This document shows, piece by piece, positions 41,501-53,600 of a stretch of 64,000 nt of DNA. A model generated the notes under the pieces. The model did no database searches, was not told where the DNA came from, and worked only from the letters and a program-made list of their open reading frames with translations. Source of the DNA: Trichinella spiralis (Eukaryota). The stretch spans positions 11,047,759 to 11,111,758 of the forward strand of contig NW_003526943.1 of assembly GCF_000181795.1 (NCBI RefSeq), read 5' to 3'. A program made the translations under genes and the position numbers. The first letter of the stretch is position 1. Each line of letters starts with the position of its first letter.

Positions 41501-44285
41501 ACAATAGCAAATTGCCTTCTGACGCATAAGCTAACATGATTTTTTTAAATAATAATTAAATGAAAAAATGTATATGTAAAAGAAAAAGAAGATGATGATG
41601 ATAAACTAGAATATATATATCTATATAAAGGCAACATGAGGGGGTGGAGATGATGATGAACAATAATAAAAAAAATTAAATTATTATTTTGTGAAAATAT
41701 TGAGATGAGAAAAATATGAAAAAAACAAATAATACATTTTAATTGAAACTTTCCAAAATGTGAGTGAATCGATTTTCAGCAAAGCACAATTCTATTCTCA
41801 ATTGTACTTTAGAGTAATTTCATAAATCGAACCCTTTGCAAATGAGCGATTTTCAAAAAAAAAACAATTACCAACCAACGCACGCTTTAATTCACGTTGT
41901 AAAATTGATGTAAACATTTTCATTTTTCAAAAATTATTCAATACAATAATATTATTAATTAATTACAATTATATTTATACATTCATTTGTTGACATTCGA
42001 AATATCGATCAAACTCTGCCATCTTTGAAAGTAGAAAGTAATAATAGAAGATGTAGAAATAAAAAATTTATCAATGAAATTGAGATGTAGAAATTTACAT
42101 CCACCTACAGTTTATATTTTTCAATTTCATTCTCAACGTAACAGCATATGAAATACATTCAAATTAAAAAATCATTTTTCATATTTGCTGAGAAAAAATA
42201 TGCAAATAAATATATATATGTATACAGGGACGTTGGCACCTCTAATTTATAGAGGAAGCGTGGATAGAGTATCCAGAAAATTTATCTGGGATCCAGAGGA
42301 TGGACATAGTGAAAGTTGCATAAAATTCTTCCCAATGGAGAAGGGAGGCCGCCCATGTCGCCTTATCAACGATATTTTCTGTATATTTCATTTCTGAATT
42401 GCTTCTCTCTCTCTCTTTCAACGGTAACTGATGTGATAAATTTGACATTTTTTCTTTGTGAAAAAATAATACTTGAAATTTTAATCACTCGTGCAGACTT
42501 CTTTTAAAAATTATGGATACTATCATAAACTGCTCAATATTCGAATATATTCAATATTAATAAAATTTTCACTTCAATAACTTATTTCATTCCTTGTTTG
42601 AAATTTTGCTTAAACAAAAATTTCAAAACTTTTGACGCTTTTATTTTTAAATTTACTTTACGAAATAATTAAATTTTAATTGAAAAAAGTACTATTTAAT
42701 TGCTGCTTTTGCTTGAAAATAATTATCATATTTCAGAAATAAGATCCACACACAACATTAACTCTGATCATTAACATTTAAAAATGCATTGATTATTAAG
42801 TGTCCAATTGGATAATAATTCAACATCAAATACAACGCTGATTTAATTTACTCGCATATAATTGTGATCTCTTTTTGTTGAGTGGAATACTTTTTTCACT
42901 CTCGATAATAAATTTTTAGCCATATACAAGCTCAATTTATTGATTTTTGAAGAAGCTGTTAATGTCAGCAATGTCTTTGTAAAACAAAAGCAAAATTCAG
43001 TGGATTAGTAATAAATAGGCTGTTTAATTTAATCATTTGCACTATAATACTTGTCTGTAAGCATATCTTTGCTGATGTGCATCAGTGCATTTCAATTAAA
43101 AGAGTTCGTCAGAAAATAACAAAATCTACAAGTAATTAAGAAGAATATTTTATCAAATTTTCAGTCTATTTTCATTCTAAATGATGTAAAGTATTAATAC
43201 ATTTCCTTTAAAGCATTCAATCTTTTTACAATTCAATCTTACACCAATTCTATTACATGTTAATCGAAACGTATTTTACACAAATCTATTGTTAATCTCA
43301 AATAAATAACTCTGCAATCTGTTGTACAACTGCTATGAGAGCTGTTCCTTATTAATAAGTAAAATTTCATTAAATAGCATAAGTATTAAAGTTATTACAG
43401 TCTTTTTTGTTTTAATGCGTACTTTTCACAAAAGCTCATTTATTGCAAAAACTACCACGATTAATAGCTTATGATGTACTTTACATTTTATGATTGAATT
43501 TAGATTTGATGAGCACTTCGCTTAATTAGTGTTAAAATTTACTGTCAAATAAAAAGCATAAACAGATGCCATTACTTGTTAGTTTTATGAGAACGTTTTG
43601 ATCATCACATATAAAACAAGAAGTACTTCAAAACTAAATAAGACAACATTTTTATAATCTTAAAGAATTTTCTTTCGAAAAATTCTGACACTGCTGTTAG
43701 TATAGTTTCAAATTTAAAAATTTGAAATGACTGTTAAATATTCATATTATAACGGAATATTTATGCGAAATATGCTCAAGAAAACAAATCATTAAATATA
43801 CTTCAAGAAAGATAAACTCTGATTTAATATTAATGAGTTATAAGGTTATAAGCCATCTTATAAAAAAATGCCCACTTTCTTGATATGATTTATGAAGCTA
43901 ATATGAAAAACAAAAGAAAATTACCATATTAATCAATCAAAACTTTCTTAGATTACGGTAATCTATTTCAATTGTAGAATAAGTAGAAAAGAAGAAAATT
44001 TGATTAAAATTATTGAAAAATGGATTTATTAATGTATAAAAAAATTTAAAATAAAAATAATTACTCAAGGAAAATGGATTAAATAAATTATCTGATTAAT
44101 ATTTTGATAAAACTACAGCAAGTTAACAGATATTCAAGTAACATTTTGTTTACAGTATATATTTTTTATTATTTTGATTTTTAATTTGTTCAGTTGTTCG
44201 TGACTGTTGCTGTTTATGCGTTTAACTAAATGGAAATTGTTCTTCAATAACGAAGATAAAATATTTTTAGTAAGTGTGCATTGTC

Positions 44286-45381
44286 ATGGCACAGGTCAAT
44301 ACTTCAAAAGCAAAGAATAAGTACAGAAACGTGAACAAACGAAAATTCAAAAAGTTTAATTGGAAAAGAAAAGGAAAGAAAATTAACCACGAATTTGCAG
44401 GTGATAGCACGGGTTATTTCACCGATGATGAGTCAAATATGAAAAATGCGGCATTATCAAAGTCAGGAAAGAAGAACAACGAGCAGAATGTGGAATTTGG
44501 AGCTGAAAAAAAATTTGTCTATGACCAAAGGAAAACTGTCTCTGATAGAAGAAATAAAAGCATAATGAGAAAAGAAGAAAGACGATTGCGACGAACAAAA
44601 GTGAAGATGAAGCAAACGGTATGCTGCAGTGACTGCTTATTCATTGCACTTTATTGGTATTTTCTTTTTTGTAACAGCGAAAAATGATTTTGTGAAATTC
44701 ATTGTAATTTTTATTGTTTTTGTTAAACATTATATGATTGTGATATTGTTAGAATGACTTTTTGAAGCACTGATATATTTCTATTATTAAGGTGTGTTAT
44801 TGTTGCCGAAAGAAAGGTCATACGTTAGCAAATTGCGAGAGAAACAATGACACCCAGAAGCTGGGTGTTTGTTTCAAATGTGGTTCTTTAGAACACACGT
44901 TGAAAAATTGTAAAAGCAAAGCAAACGGTAAATATATTTTTCACTCCAACTCACATTAAATAAATATATATATATGAGTGATGGCTTGCAGGATTACCGT
45001 ACGCATTTTGTTTTGTTTGCAATGGTCACGGACATCTTGCAAAATCATGCAAAGAGAATCCTAATGGAATATATCCAAATGGTTTGTAATATAATTGAAA
45101 AATAGCAGATGATTTGAAATGAATTGCAATTTTGAATATTATCAGGTGGTTCGTGCAAGAAGTGTGGATCAATTTATCACTTGGTAAAAGATTGTGAAGC
45201 AAATAACAACGAAAGTTCCGGTAAATATTCCATTCAGTTCAGTATTTTAAATGTTTAAACTTTCATTTATGAAGTTGTCACAACTTCGAAATTTGAAACT
45301 TTTGAAAGCGCCGATGCTGATCTAAGCCTGACTAATTTCTGGAAGAAGCCCCCGAAAAGAGAAAAGATTGTTAAATTTTAA
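44286..45381 (+). CDS. ZCCHC9: Zinc-knuckle protein, ZCCHC9-like (4 CCHC)
   Basis: Basic N-terminus with KEERRLRR, then CYCCRKKGHTLANC, CFKCGSLEHTLKNC, CFVCNGHGHLAKSC, NPNGIYPNGGSCKKCGSIYHLVKDC, ending KIVKF*. Confidence 0.88.
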
Positions 45382-45739
45382 AAATTAGCTATTTAATGTT
45401 TCTCTTGTTGCGAAATAAAAGGTGCATTTTTTCTGTTGTTTGTTCCATCACTTTTGAAAAACGATCTTTTCCACCAGTTGACGATGATTTAATACTGCGA
45501 CATTTTCAACGTTTCTGCAATATGCAATGATTTAATTTGTGTTTTTACAATTTCAATAGACAGTTCACGTAAAATATAGAAAAAAAAAGAAAGCACAAGC
45601 GAACGAAATTTTCACTTATGGCATGATTGAATGGGAACAAAATGCCAGCAAAAGATAATCTAGCCGGATTTGCACGGAAGAAATAATCAAAAAGCAAAAT
45701 GATTTTTTAATTCGTTCATTCATTCGTTGGTTGGTTGGT

Positions 45740-48026
45740 TCAGAAGCATTTCCGATGCACCACGCGTGCGCCCTCGTCTTCGTATTCTTTTTTCGAAATC
45801 CACATCTTGCGAAACGTATCCAAACTGGCCAATATGGAACCGCCGATCCAAGTGGAAAACAGACGTTCTTGGGGCGCGGTGATGCGAATTTTTATATCCT
45901 TTGGAGCGAGACGCTTCACCTCGTTCAACAGACGATCCCCGAATCCTGGAAAGAGTGTACTACCGCCGGACAGGATGATATTCTGGTACAATTGTCGGCG
46001 CAGTTCGATATCCGATTTCTGGATACAATAGGCTAGACATTCATGAGCACCTTCACACTCTTCGCCGATGAAATCCGGACGAAACAGAACTTCCGGAGCT
46101 CGAAATCTGCACGGTCCCAGTACCACCGTACTTCCGTCCGGTAGCATGTATTGCACCTGAAGTCACTTTTTCCAATGAATATACTGTTTGGTGAAAGGAA
46201 AATATTAAAATTTCCACAATCACCTTGTCCGAACTGCCCGTGTCGTCTCTCTGCGAATCGGTAGAAACTTGACAGATGCGTTCTTTGATTGTTCGAACAA
46301 TTTCAAATTCAGAGCTGCGGTAAAACTCCACACCCTCTTTGCGTAAAAGCAGGCGCAGCAGACGAGTCACATCCCGTCCTGCTATATTTGTCCGAACTAT
46401 ACTGTGCGGCAGGGCAAAGCCTTCGAATATTGGTACAGCATGCGTCACACCATCACCACAGTCCAAAACAACCCCAGTAGTTCTTCCTTGAAAAAAAAAC
46501 AATATACATAATTAGCATTACCATATGAACAAGAATGATAGAGTAATGAAGAATACCAGTGGAATATAAACTCAGAACTGCTTGCATTGAAATATACAAT
46601 GCAGGTACGTTGAAGGTTTCGAAAAAATATTCAGCAGTACGTTCTCGGTTCTTGGACGGATTCATCGGTGGCTCGGTAAGTAGAACTGGATGTTCTTCTG
46701 GAAAAGTTTGCAGCTGATCTTTGCTGTACAAATGTTGCCAAATCAATTCCATGTCGTTCCAATTCTGCACAATCCCGTGTTCCATTGGATAACGAATGTT
46801 CAACAGGCCGCGATATTCGACTGCTTTGGAACCTGCAAAACAACACCTCTCCAATTCCGCTATATTCATACAAAGTTCAATGCAAACTGCTGCTTGAACT
46901 TTGAAGCTGGCAGGTGAAATTTACAAATAGATAGATATTCTCTCCTTCAACTGATTCATTTTCAGACGATTCACTCATACGCATATGTGGCCAATCTGCA
47001 TATGTAGATTAAAATTTTATTTGAACATTTTATCATTTGAAGAAGCATTTTCTCACATCAACCGAATCGTTTTTTTTAAAGTTATCAATAAAATGAAAGA
47101 ACCAATAGATCAATTCGGTGAAAAAATTAGTTTGCGGTGGAAACAATTTGATGAACCGAACCTACCACATACATAATAACCAACAAATAAACTAAACTCC
47201 ATTCAAATATGCAATTAAATAAGAGCATTTATTAAACAAATAACGCCTTGCAATTTCCTAAAGAAGAAACCAAATTTTTGCAATAATAAATCAGCAAGTT
47301 GTCAATACACTGACACATGCATATCAGCAATCTGATGCTCAAGCATCCTATGCTTCAAAATAAAAAGATTTCCAAAATAAACACTTACTTTTATTTTTAT
47401 TCATAGATTTTCACCCAAAAATAACTCATTTCAAACTCAATTCAAAAATAAAATATAAATTCATATGAAGCTTTAAGAATTCACATGAAATTTCAATACA
47501 AAATCTATAATTATTTTTTCAAAGTTAAAAGAAAAAGAAGATATTAAGCATTAATTTCATCAGTTTATCATCATCATTATTATTATTATTATTCTCAGAA
47601 TTTTAAAATCAAACATAATGTATACGTCTGATTAAACATCAAGTAACGCAGAAGAAAACCTGTCATTAGAACCAGAATTCTTTACATTACAAAGAAAAAG
47701 ATGAATCATTAAACAATATAAAATCTTTAAACAACTTTATATCTCATAAATATACTTTTTTTACTGAAAAATATTTAAATAAACTTTACAATCAGAGATT
47801 AATAAATTTTGTTTTTAATTTTTAATTAGATAAGAAACATTAAATACTTACCAATAAAAACGTTGCCTTCTAATGCACCAGCCATAACCCGTACATGCTT
47901 AGGTCTTCCAACATAGTTCGGAAAATGACATTTCGGTGCCTGGTCTCCGGCAAAGCCAGCCTTTATTGTACCAGATCCATTGTCAATTACTATAGGTTGA
48001 TTAGCAATCACGTCGTAGGAATTCAT
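45740..48026 (-). CDS. arp-1: Actin-related protein 1 (centractin, dynactin Arp1)
   Basis: [70 protein letters not shown], ending VHRKCF. Four coding exons. Confidence 0.96.
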
Positions 48027-49272
48027 ATTTCTTCTGATATTATGCAAAGCTTACTAAACGAAAACATAATGTAATACTGAAAACGGATGCTTATAAAATA
48101 GTTACGAACTGCAACTGAATTGAATTTTACTATAACTTCATACAGAAAAATATTACAAAGAATGTATTTAATCAAATGAATTTCAAAACAACAATAACGG
48201 TCTACATTAAAAATAATATAATTTTACATTACATTAATAATATAAATAAAGTTTTTCAAATATGCTTATCATTCATTTAAAATGTAATGTTAATTTAAAA
48301 TTATTTCAGTTAAATATACATATGCTAATAAAATAATTATTACCTTCAGGTTTTCCTAAAAAAGTAATAACTTTCTAATATCATTCACACTAATTTTCAA
48401 AAAGCTGTTATCCAAAACCGTACAAACAATTTTCAGCATAACATTACTGTACTTTACATGAATATAAGTAGATAACATACTTTTTTACAAATGAATATAC
48501 AAAGCAGTGCGTATTAAAATTTCACTTCAAATTAATGTAAGTGAAAAATGAATTAAACCTGATGGCGAAAAAATTTATTTTTAAATTACTTTTTGATATA
48601 CAGAAATTGTGACGACTACATCGTGTTACATTTTTAAACTCTTCTCGTTTACTTTCAAATTAAGTATGCAAACCATGTCATGAAAAATTAAAATCTAAAA
48701 TGAAACTAAACTATCATTTGTTTTCAAAATAAATGTTACATCGATTGCCATTTACATACAATGAATTGCAACGTATATTGAAAGAATTTTATTTTACATT
48801 TTTAAATTTAGTATAGATTGTCCATTTATTATAAAATATAAATTATATACAACTGCACTTAAATCCACAAATGATTTATAATAAATACAATTAAATTATG
48901 TTCACTTCTTTTGATCATAGTACTGTTTTAAAAGAAAAGCAAGTACATGTGCTGCTTTAATCGTATTACTGTATATCTTCAACAAAATTTATTTTTTGAG
49001 GTGATGTCACCTTTTCGCTAATAATTTTAATGCTTTTATTTTTGATAAAATTCACTTTTGAAACCTCGAAAAGTTTGCGCAGTGCTTGTATATGTTATTT
49101 ATGGAATTTTAATGTTCGGCTTGTCGGCTATTCTGAATGAAATTACCCACCAGCAATGCCCGTTGCAATAATCAACTTCTACTGCTTTTGTTAAAGTTTT
49201 ATGAATTCCATTTTTCGCAGTTGTCCTTCAAATTCAGTAATATGTGTATTACACAAGCTTGGAAAACTAGTA

Positions 49273-51593
49273 CACTCAACCCTCAACATTCGCGGTATAT
49301 GCATTTACTGATTTGCATGTTAAACATTGATTTGTTTATAAATTTATATTTTTTTATTCATTCAATTGAATGCATAGAAGTCTAAATAGTGGGTGTGTTC
49401 CTGCGTGCAATCTTGGCAGACTGGACTGCCCGGCGCCTCTTTTTTAAAAAGCTGTTACTGATGGCCATTTCTTCCTTTTTTTTCATTTCTTCCAGAAGTC
49501 GGTGATATGGTTCCGCAGCTGTTTTCAAATCACGCTTGAACTTAATGGCACGAACCATATCTGAGTCCATTTCAAAAAGTTTTTCTTCCACCTGCTTAAG
49601 CGTATGCAGAATTTCCGCAAGTCCTTCCAAGGTTAATTTTTCAGTTTCATCTGTTGCACTGTCGTCATCGGCATCTTTGTCTTCATCAGTCGCAATCATC
49701 TCCATAAGTTGTTCGTCTGTAAGTTCACTTGTGTGAGATTCAATTAGCTGTATGACTTCTGATTCCTGCAAGTCTTTGAAACCATCGGCATCCACCTGAT
49801 GAGCCAATGCGACAGTCATTTTCACCGCGCGTGCCTCTTCATCAGCAGGAAGAAATGTAGTTTTTGCATTTGAGCAATCTGGCCATAGATTCCGCCAACA
49901 CGCGTTTACCGTCTCAACTTTCAATTCCGTAAAGGATTCCTTAATGTGGCACAGACAATCTGCAATGCTGAATTTTTTCCAGTAATCTATTACTTCCAAA
50001 TTGCTGTCCTCATCCATGGCAGCAACAAGACGAGCCATAGTCCTTCTAGTGTAATAAGCCTTAAAAGTCTGAATCACTCCCTGGTCTAATGGTTGGACAT
50101 GGGAGGACGCATCTGGAGGAAGGTAAGCAACATCCACATTTTCGCTCTCAAACTGTAAATTTTCTGGATGATCAGTTGCGTTGTCCAAGATTAGCAGTAC
50201 TTTAAATTTAAGGCCTAAGGCACTAAGGTACCGTTTCGTTTCCGGGATAAAACAATGATGAAACCAGTCCAGAAACAGATCTTTTGTCACCCAAGCCTTC
50301 TTGCCATGCATCCAGTGCACGGGAAGGGATTTACTGTCAAAGTGTTTTATAGCACGGGGACTCGCAGTTTTGTAAATTAGGCCTGGTTTTACCATGTGGC
50401 CTGCTGCATTGCAACAGAAAAGCAAAGTCATCTTATCTCTCTTTGCCTTGAATACTGAACGATGGTGCTGTTCCTTCCCAATAAATGCTCTGTCAGGCAT
50501 TTTCTTCCAAAAAAGGGTTGATTCAGCTGCATTAAAAATTTGTTCAGAACAGAACCCCTTTTCTTCGATCAACTGTTTTAGCTCTTCAGGATAAGAGGAT
50601 GCTTTGAACTGATATGCAGAAGTAGCTTCTCCGGACATCTTCACACTGCGTAATGAGAAGCGACGTTTGAAATGATCTAACCAGCCTTTGCTGGCTGTGA
50701 ATGTGGAACGACTACTTGCGCTTGTTTCTGCTTGTTTGAAATGCCCATACAAGACTCGTGCCTTTTCTCGAATGACATTGGAATCGACCGGTACTCGCTT
50801 TCTTCGCTGATTCTTCAACCATATGTAAAGTGCATTTTCCATTTTTATGATGGCCTTTTCTCTAACTTGCGAAACAACTTTTGTAGTTAACGGCGCACAT
50901 AAAGTAAAGGCAGCACGAATAGCCTTCTCATTTTTGTTAATGTAGCGAACGGTGCTTTCATTTATCCCAAACATTCTGCCTGCTGCTGCGAAAGACATTC
51001 CACCGTTGAGTTTATCCAGCAGCTTTACTTTCTGCTCAATATTCATTACATTCTTTCGTCGCTTTAAGCGGCAAGCGGAGACAGAAGCTCCTTTATGACT
51101 CATAACAAACAGAAAGATGGAAAAAGCAAATGGAAAGACCAAAGTTCAACATGAAACAAAAACTACTGGTAGTAAACTGACAGTACCTGAACAAAATGCA
51201 GGCATAATCCATTATATGCGACTACAGTGTCATCATGCATTAGGTATTTACTCAAATTTTGCATTATCCCCACGCTGCGTTGGACTGTGCTAGCATGGAA
51301 ACGCATGTTCTTTACTTCCAGATATGCTTTTTTAATCGTGGGACCAGTGTTACCGTAAACCAACCTCCCGTTCGCAGCGCCTCTTTTCGGTTAGCCGTGA
51401 TACTTTATCTTTTTTATCTTAACAGTTGTAGCGGTTAGTTAGCTTCCTAGTTTGATTAAGTCGATATCGCTAATGTTACGGAATCAACCTTACACTGAAC
51501 CTGCAGATCTACAGTATCCATACACAATCGATTCTAAAAATGAGATTTTGTTTTTTGAGGGTTTTGAAACCGAAAAATGTTGAGGGCCGACTG
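49273..51593 (-). mobile_element. Tigger/pogo-family DNA transposon, full length, degenerate TIRs, TA target-site duplication
   Basis: One end reads TA|CACTCAACCCTCAACATTCGCGG. The other end (reverse complement) reads TA|CAGTCGGCCCTCAACATTTTTCGG. About 2.3 kb enclosing one transposase ORF. Confidence 0.75.
49382..51103 (-). CDS. Tigger transposase / TIGD1-like protein (HTH-psq, CENP-B HTH, DDE_1), 573 aa, intronless
   Basis: GRMFGINESTVRYI, FTASKGWLDHFKRR, QIFNAAESTLFWKKMP, LLILDNA, QPLDQGVI, WRNLWP. No stops or frameshifts. Confidence 0.93.
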   Translation of the reverse strand: MSHKGASVSACRLKRRKNVMNIEQKVKLLDKLNGGMSFAAAGRMFGINESTVRYINKNEKAIRAAFTLCAPLTTKVVSQVREKAIIKMENALYIWLKNQRRKRVPVDSNVIREKARVLYGHFKQAETSASSRSTFTASKGWLDHFKRRFSLRSVKMSGEATSAYQFKASSYPEELKQLIEEKGFCSEQIFNAAESTLFWKKMPDRAFIGKEQHHRSVFKAKRDKMTLLFCCNAAGHMVKPGLIYKTASPRAIKHFDSKSLPVHWMHGKKAWVTKDLFLDWFHHCFIPETKRYLSALGLKFKVLLILDNATDHPENLQFESENVDVAYLPPDASSHVQPLDQGVIQTFKAYYTRRTMARLVAAMDEDSNLEVIDYWKKFSIADCLCHIKESFTELKVETVNACWRNLWPDCSNAKTTFLPADEEARAVKMTVALAHQVDADGFKDLQESEVIQLIESHTSELTDEQLMEMIATDEDKDADDDSATDETEKLTLEGLAEILHTLKQVEEKLFEMDSDMVRAIKFKRDLKTAAEPYHRLLEEMKKKEEMAISNSFLKKRRRAVQSAKIARRNTPTI

Positions 51594-51998
51594 TATAAAC
51601 AATAAAAGTAAATCCATAAAATTTTATCAACAAATATTTTTTATTTGTAAAAATAAAGTGCAAAAACAATACACATAAGCAAGCGCACAGAGACCATAAC
51701 GTCACCAACAATTGACTAAATTATGAAAAACTCAAGTTCTAATGCACTTAAGTTCTACGACTCAAAATTGCTTGCTTGCTTATTTGCTTAAAATTAATTT
51801 CTGGATGTGCTATTCAGTTGCACATTTGTTGCTTTTCGAGCATGTATTAAGCTCGCGATATTTTTGCCTTTTAATCGGAGCTGGCCGTCCGCAACCGACT
51901 GCTCAAGTTTGGCCATGATAGGCCTGTTGTATATGAGTACTGATTAATGCGTGCAATCTTTATTTGTAATGACAACACAGTAATAAGATATATATATT

Positions 51999-52148
51999 AC
52001 GCTTAATATTGAAAATTGCATATTATTGATAATAAGCAGCTGCCCTTGCCTATTCTTGATAATAGGCAAAAGGATTGCCTAATATGAATAATGGGAAATA
52101 TTTGCGTAATGTCGAGAATATGCAATAAGCTTTTGCTTAATATTGAAA
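51999..52148. repeat. Array of ~24-bp imperfect palindromes (TTGC-N16-GCAA)
   Basis: Units at 52016, 52046, 52075 and 52102, a partial unit at 52133, bracketed by direct repeat GCTTAATATTGAAA at 52001 and 52135. Confidence 0.7.
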
Positions 52149-52249
52149 CGACGGTTCACGAGTTACCCTGTACGTTGAAATGCTTTTATTAATGATATTT
52201 GTATTTATTGTTAGAAACAAATGTATGGTGTGATGTTTATACATTTTTG

Positions 52250-53350
52250 CATGGCTTCCCGGGATGACAACGAGAATTGCATAGTAGTCTTTTTCTGCTG
52301 CAATTGCATCGACGAGATGAGTAGCCGGATCAGTACATGCATTTCACATATCCTTGGCCGCCCGTATCTTTAGGTACTGCTGTTCTAAGAAAAATTTCAG
52401 CGTCAGGTACTTCATCAATTGATAGTAAATTTTCTGATATGACTTGTAAATCGGCAGCTGCAAATTTGGATGACAGTGTACAACCTTTCGCATTCGCATA
52501 ACAATGAGCACAACCTTTTTGGAAGTGGATCCAATTACAAAGAAAAAGAGATGGAACAGGAAAGCAAAGCGGTTGACTGGCGTATCAGTGCCAGGTATGG
52601 TAAACAAGTACAATTTGTATATGGGTGGCGTAGACTTAGGCACAGTGCTGGTATCACTGTACAGGATTGACTATGGAAGTGGCAAGTGGAGCAGAAGAGT
52701 ATTCTTCTGGATGGCTAACAGTGCGGCAACAAATTCAGGGATCCTGTACAAAAGAAACTGTGACATGAGAAAAGTCCCGTCGCGACAACGAATGGACCTA
52801 CTGACATTCATCAGTAGTGACTCAGAATCTCTCTTGTTGACTGGAAAGACCATCCAGAGTCGCAGAGGTCTCCCGACCTCTTCCCAGCAACAAGAAGACC
52901 TTTGTGGACCGTCGCGAAAGAACCCAGCTCAGAGAGACATTCAGGAAAACGCCAGAAGAGATCAAGTTGGCTAATGGTCTGAAATGCAAGCCATTCGACC
53001 ACGTTGCCGCGTCTGTTCAAAATCGTCGCATATATACTGTACAAAGTGCATGGCATTTTCATTTTTCTCAGAAAGTACAAATTGCTTTAAGACATATATC
53101 ACTGTTGATTATTTTGAATAAATAAACAGCTGACTTGCAACTGATGATACATAATAGGCGAAAAAACATATAAACACGGAATTTTGGATGCTGCCCAGTA
53201 TGCCAAATTTGACATGGTTGAGCAAAAACCATAAAAGTTATCAAATTTGCAGACGATTTTAGAAATATTCTAGTGGTACCATATTACACACTGCCCCACG
53301 AGTTTCAATTTTTTTGCCAAAAGAAAATAATTCAAGACCTAAAAGATTAA
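52250..53350 (+). mobile_element. Internally deleted piggyBac transposase remnant (PGBD2/3-like)
   Basis: 52504-52974 encodes PGMVNKYNLYMGGVDL..SLYRI..KWSRRVFFW..AATNSGILYK. After a stop comes a degenerate Cys-rich tail RPRCRVCSKSSHIYCTKC. Possible right end ..CCTAAAAGA|TTAA near 53347. Most of the catalytic core is missing. Confidence 0.8.
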
Positions 53351-53484
53351 AAGAAATTACACTATTTCGCATTTTATTTTAAAAAAGCATTATTTTTAAA
53401 AATGGGAAATGTGATTATTTATGCTCATATAGGGTAATTTAGTGGTAGTGCACCCATATTCGGGAGTACTTTGATAAAAAACAA

Positions 53485-53600
53485 TCATCCAATCACTGAT
53501 CGAAGCTGAGTAGCTAATCAAATGATGTAAGTCAGTCACCAATTACCGATCTTACGCCGAACAGCCTATCAGCGAACAGCCAATAAAAAGAAGAGGTCAT
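53485..53600 (+). promoter_or_regulatory. Cluster of CCAAT-like boxes in a GC-enriched island
   Basis: CCAAT 53489, CTAAT 53514, CCAAT 53539, CCTAT 53565, CCAAT 53580. Confidence 0.35.

Noticed and set aside
41283..41537. 84-aa ORF ending in CCC as an insulin-like or toxin-like peptide
   Set aside because: No signal peptide, Cys spacing does not fit insulin A/B chains, and the poly-Met stretch comes from an (ATC)n microsatellite.
51999..52148. CRISPR-like repeat-spacer array
   Set aside because: Spacers are only 3-7 nt, repeats are degenerate, there are no cas genes, and the context is eukaryotic.
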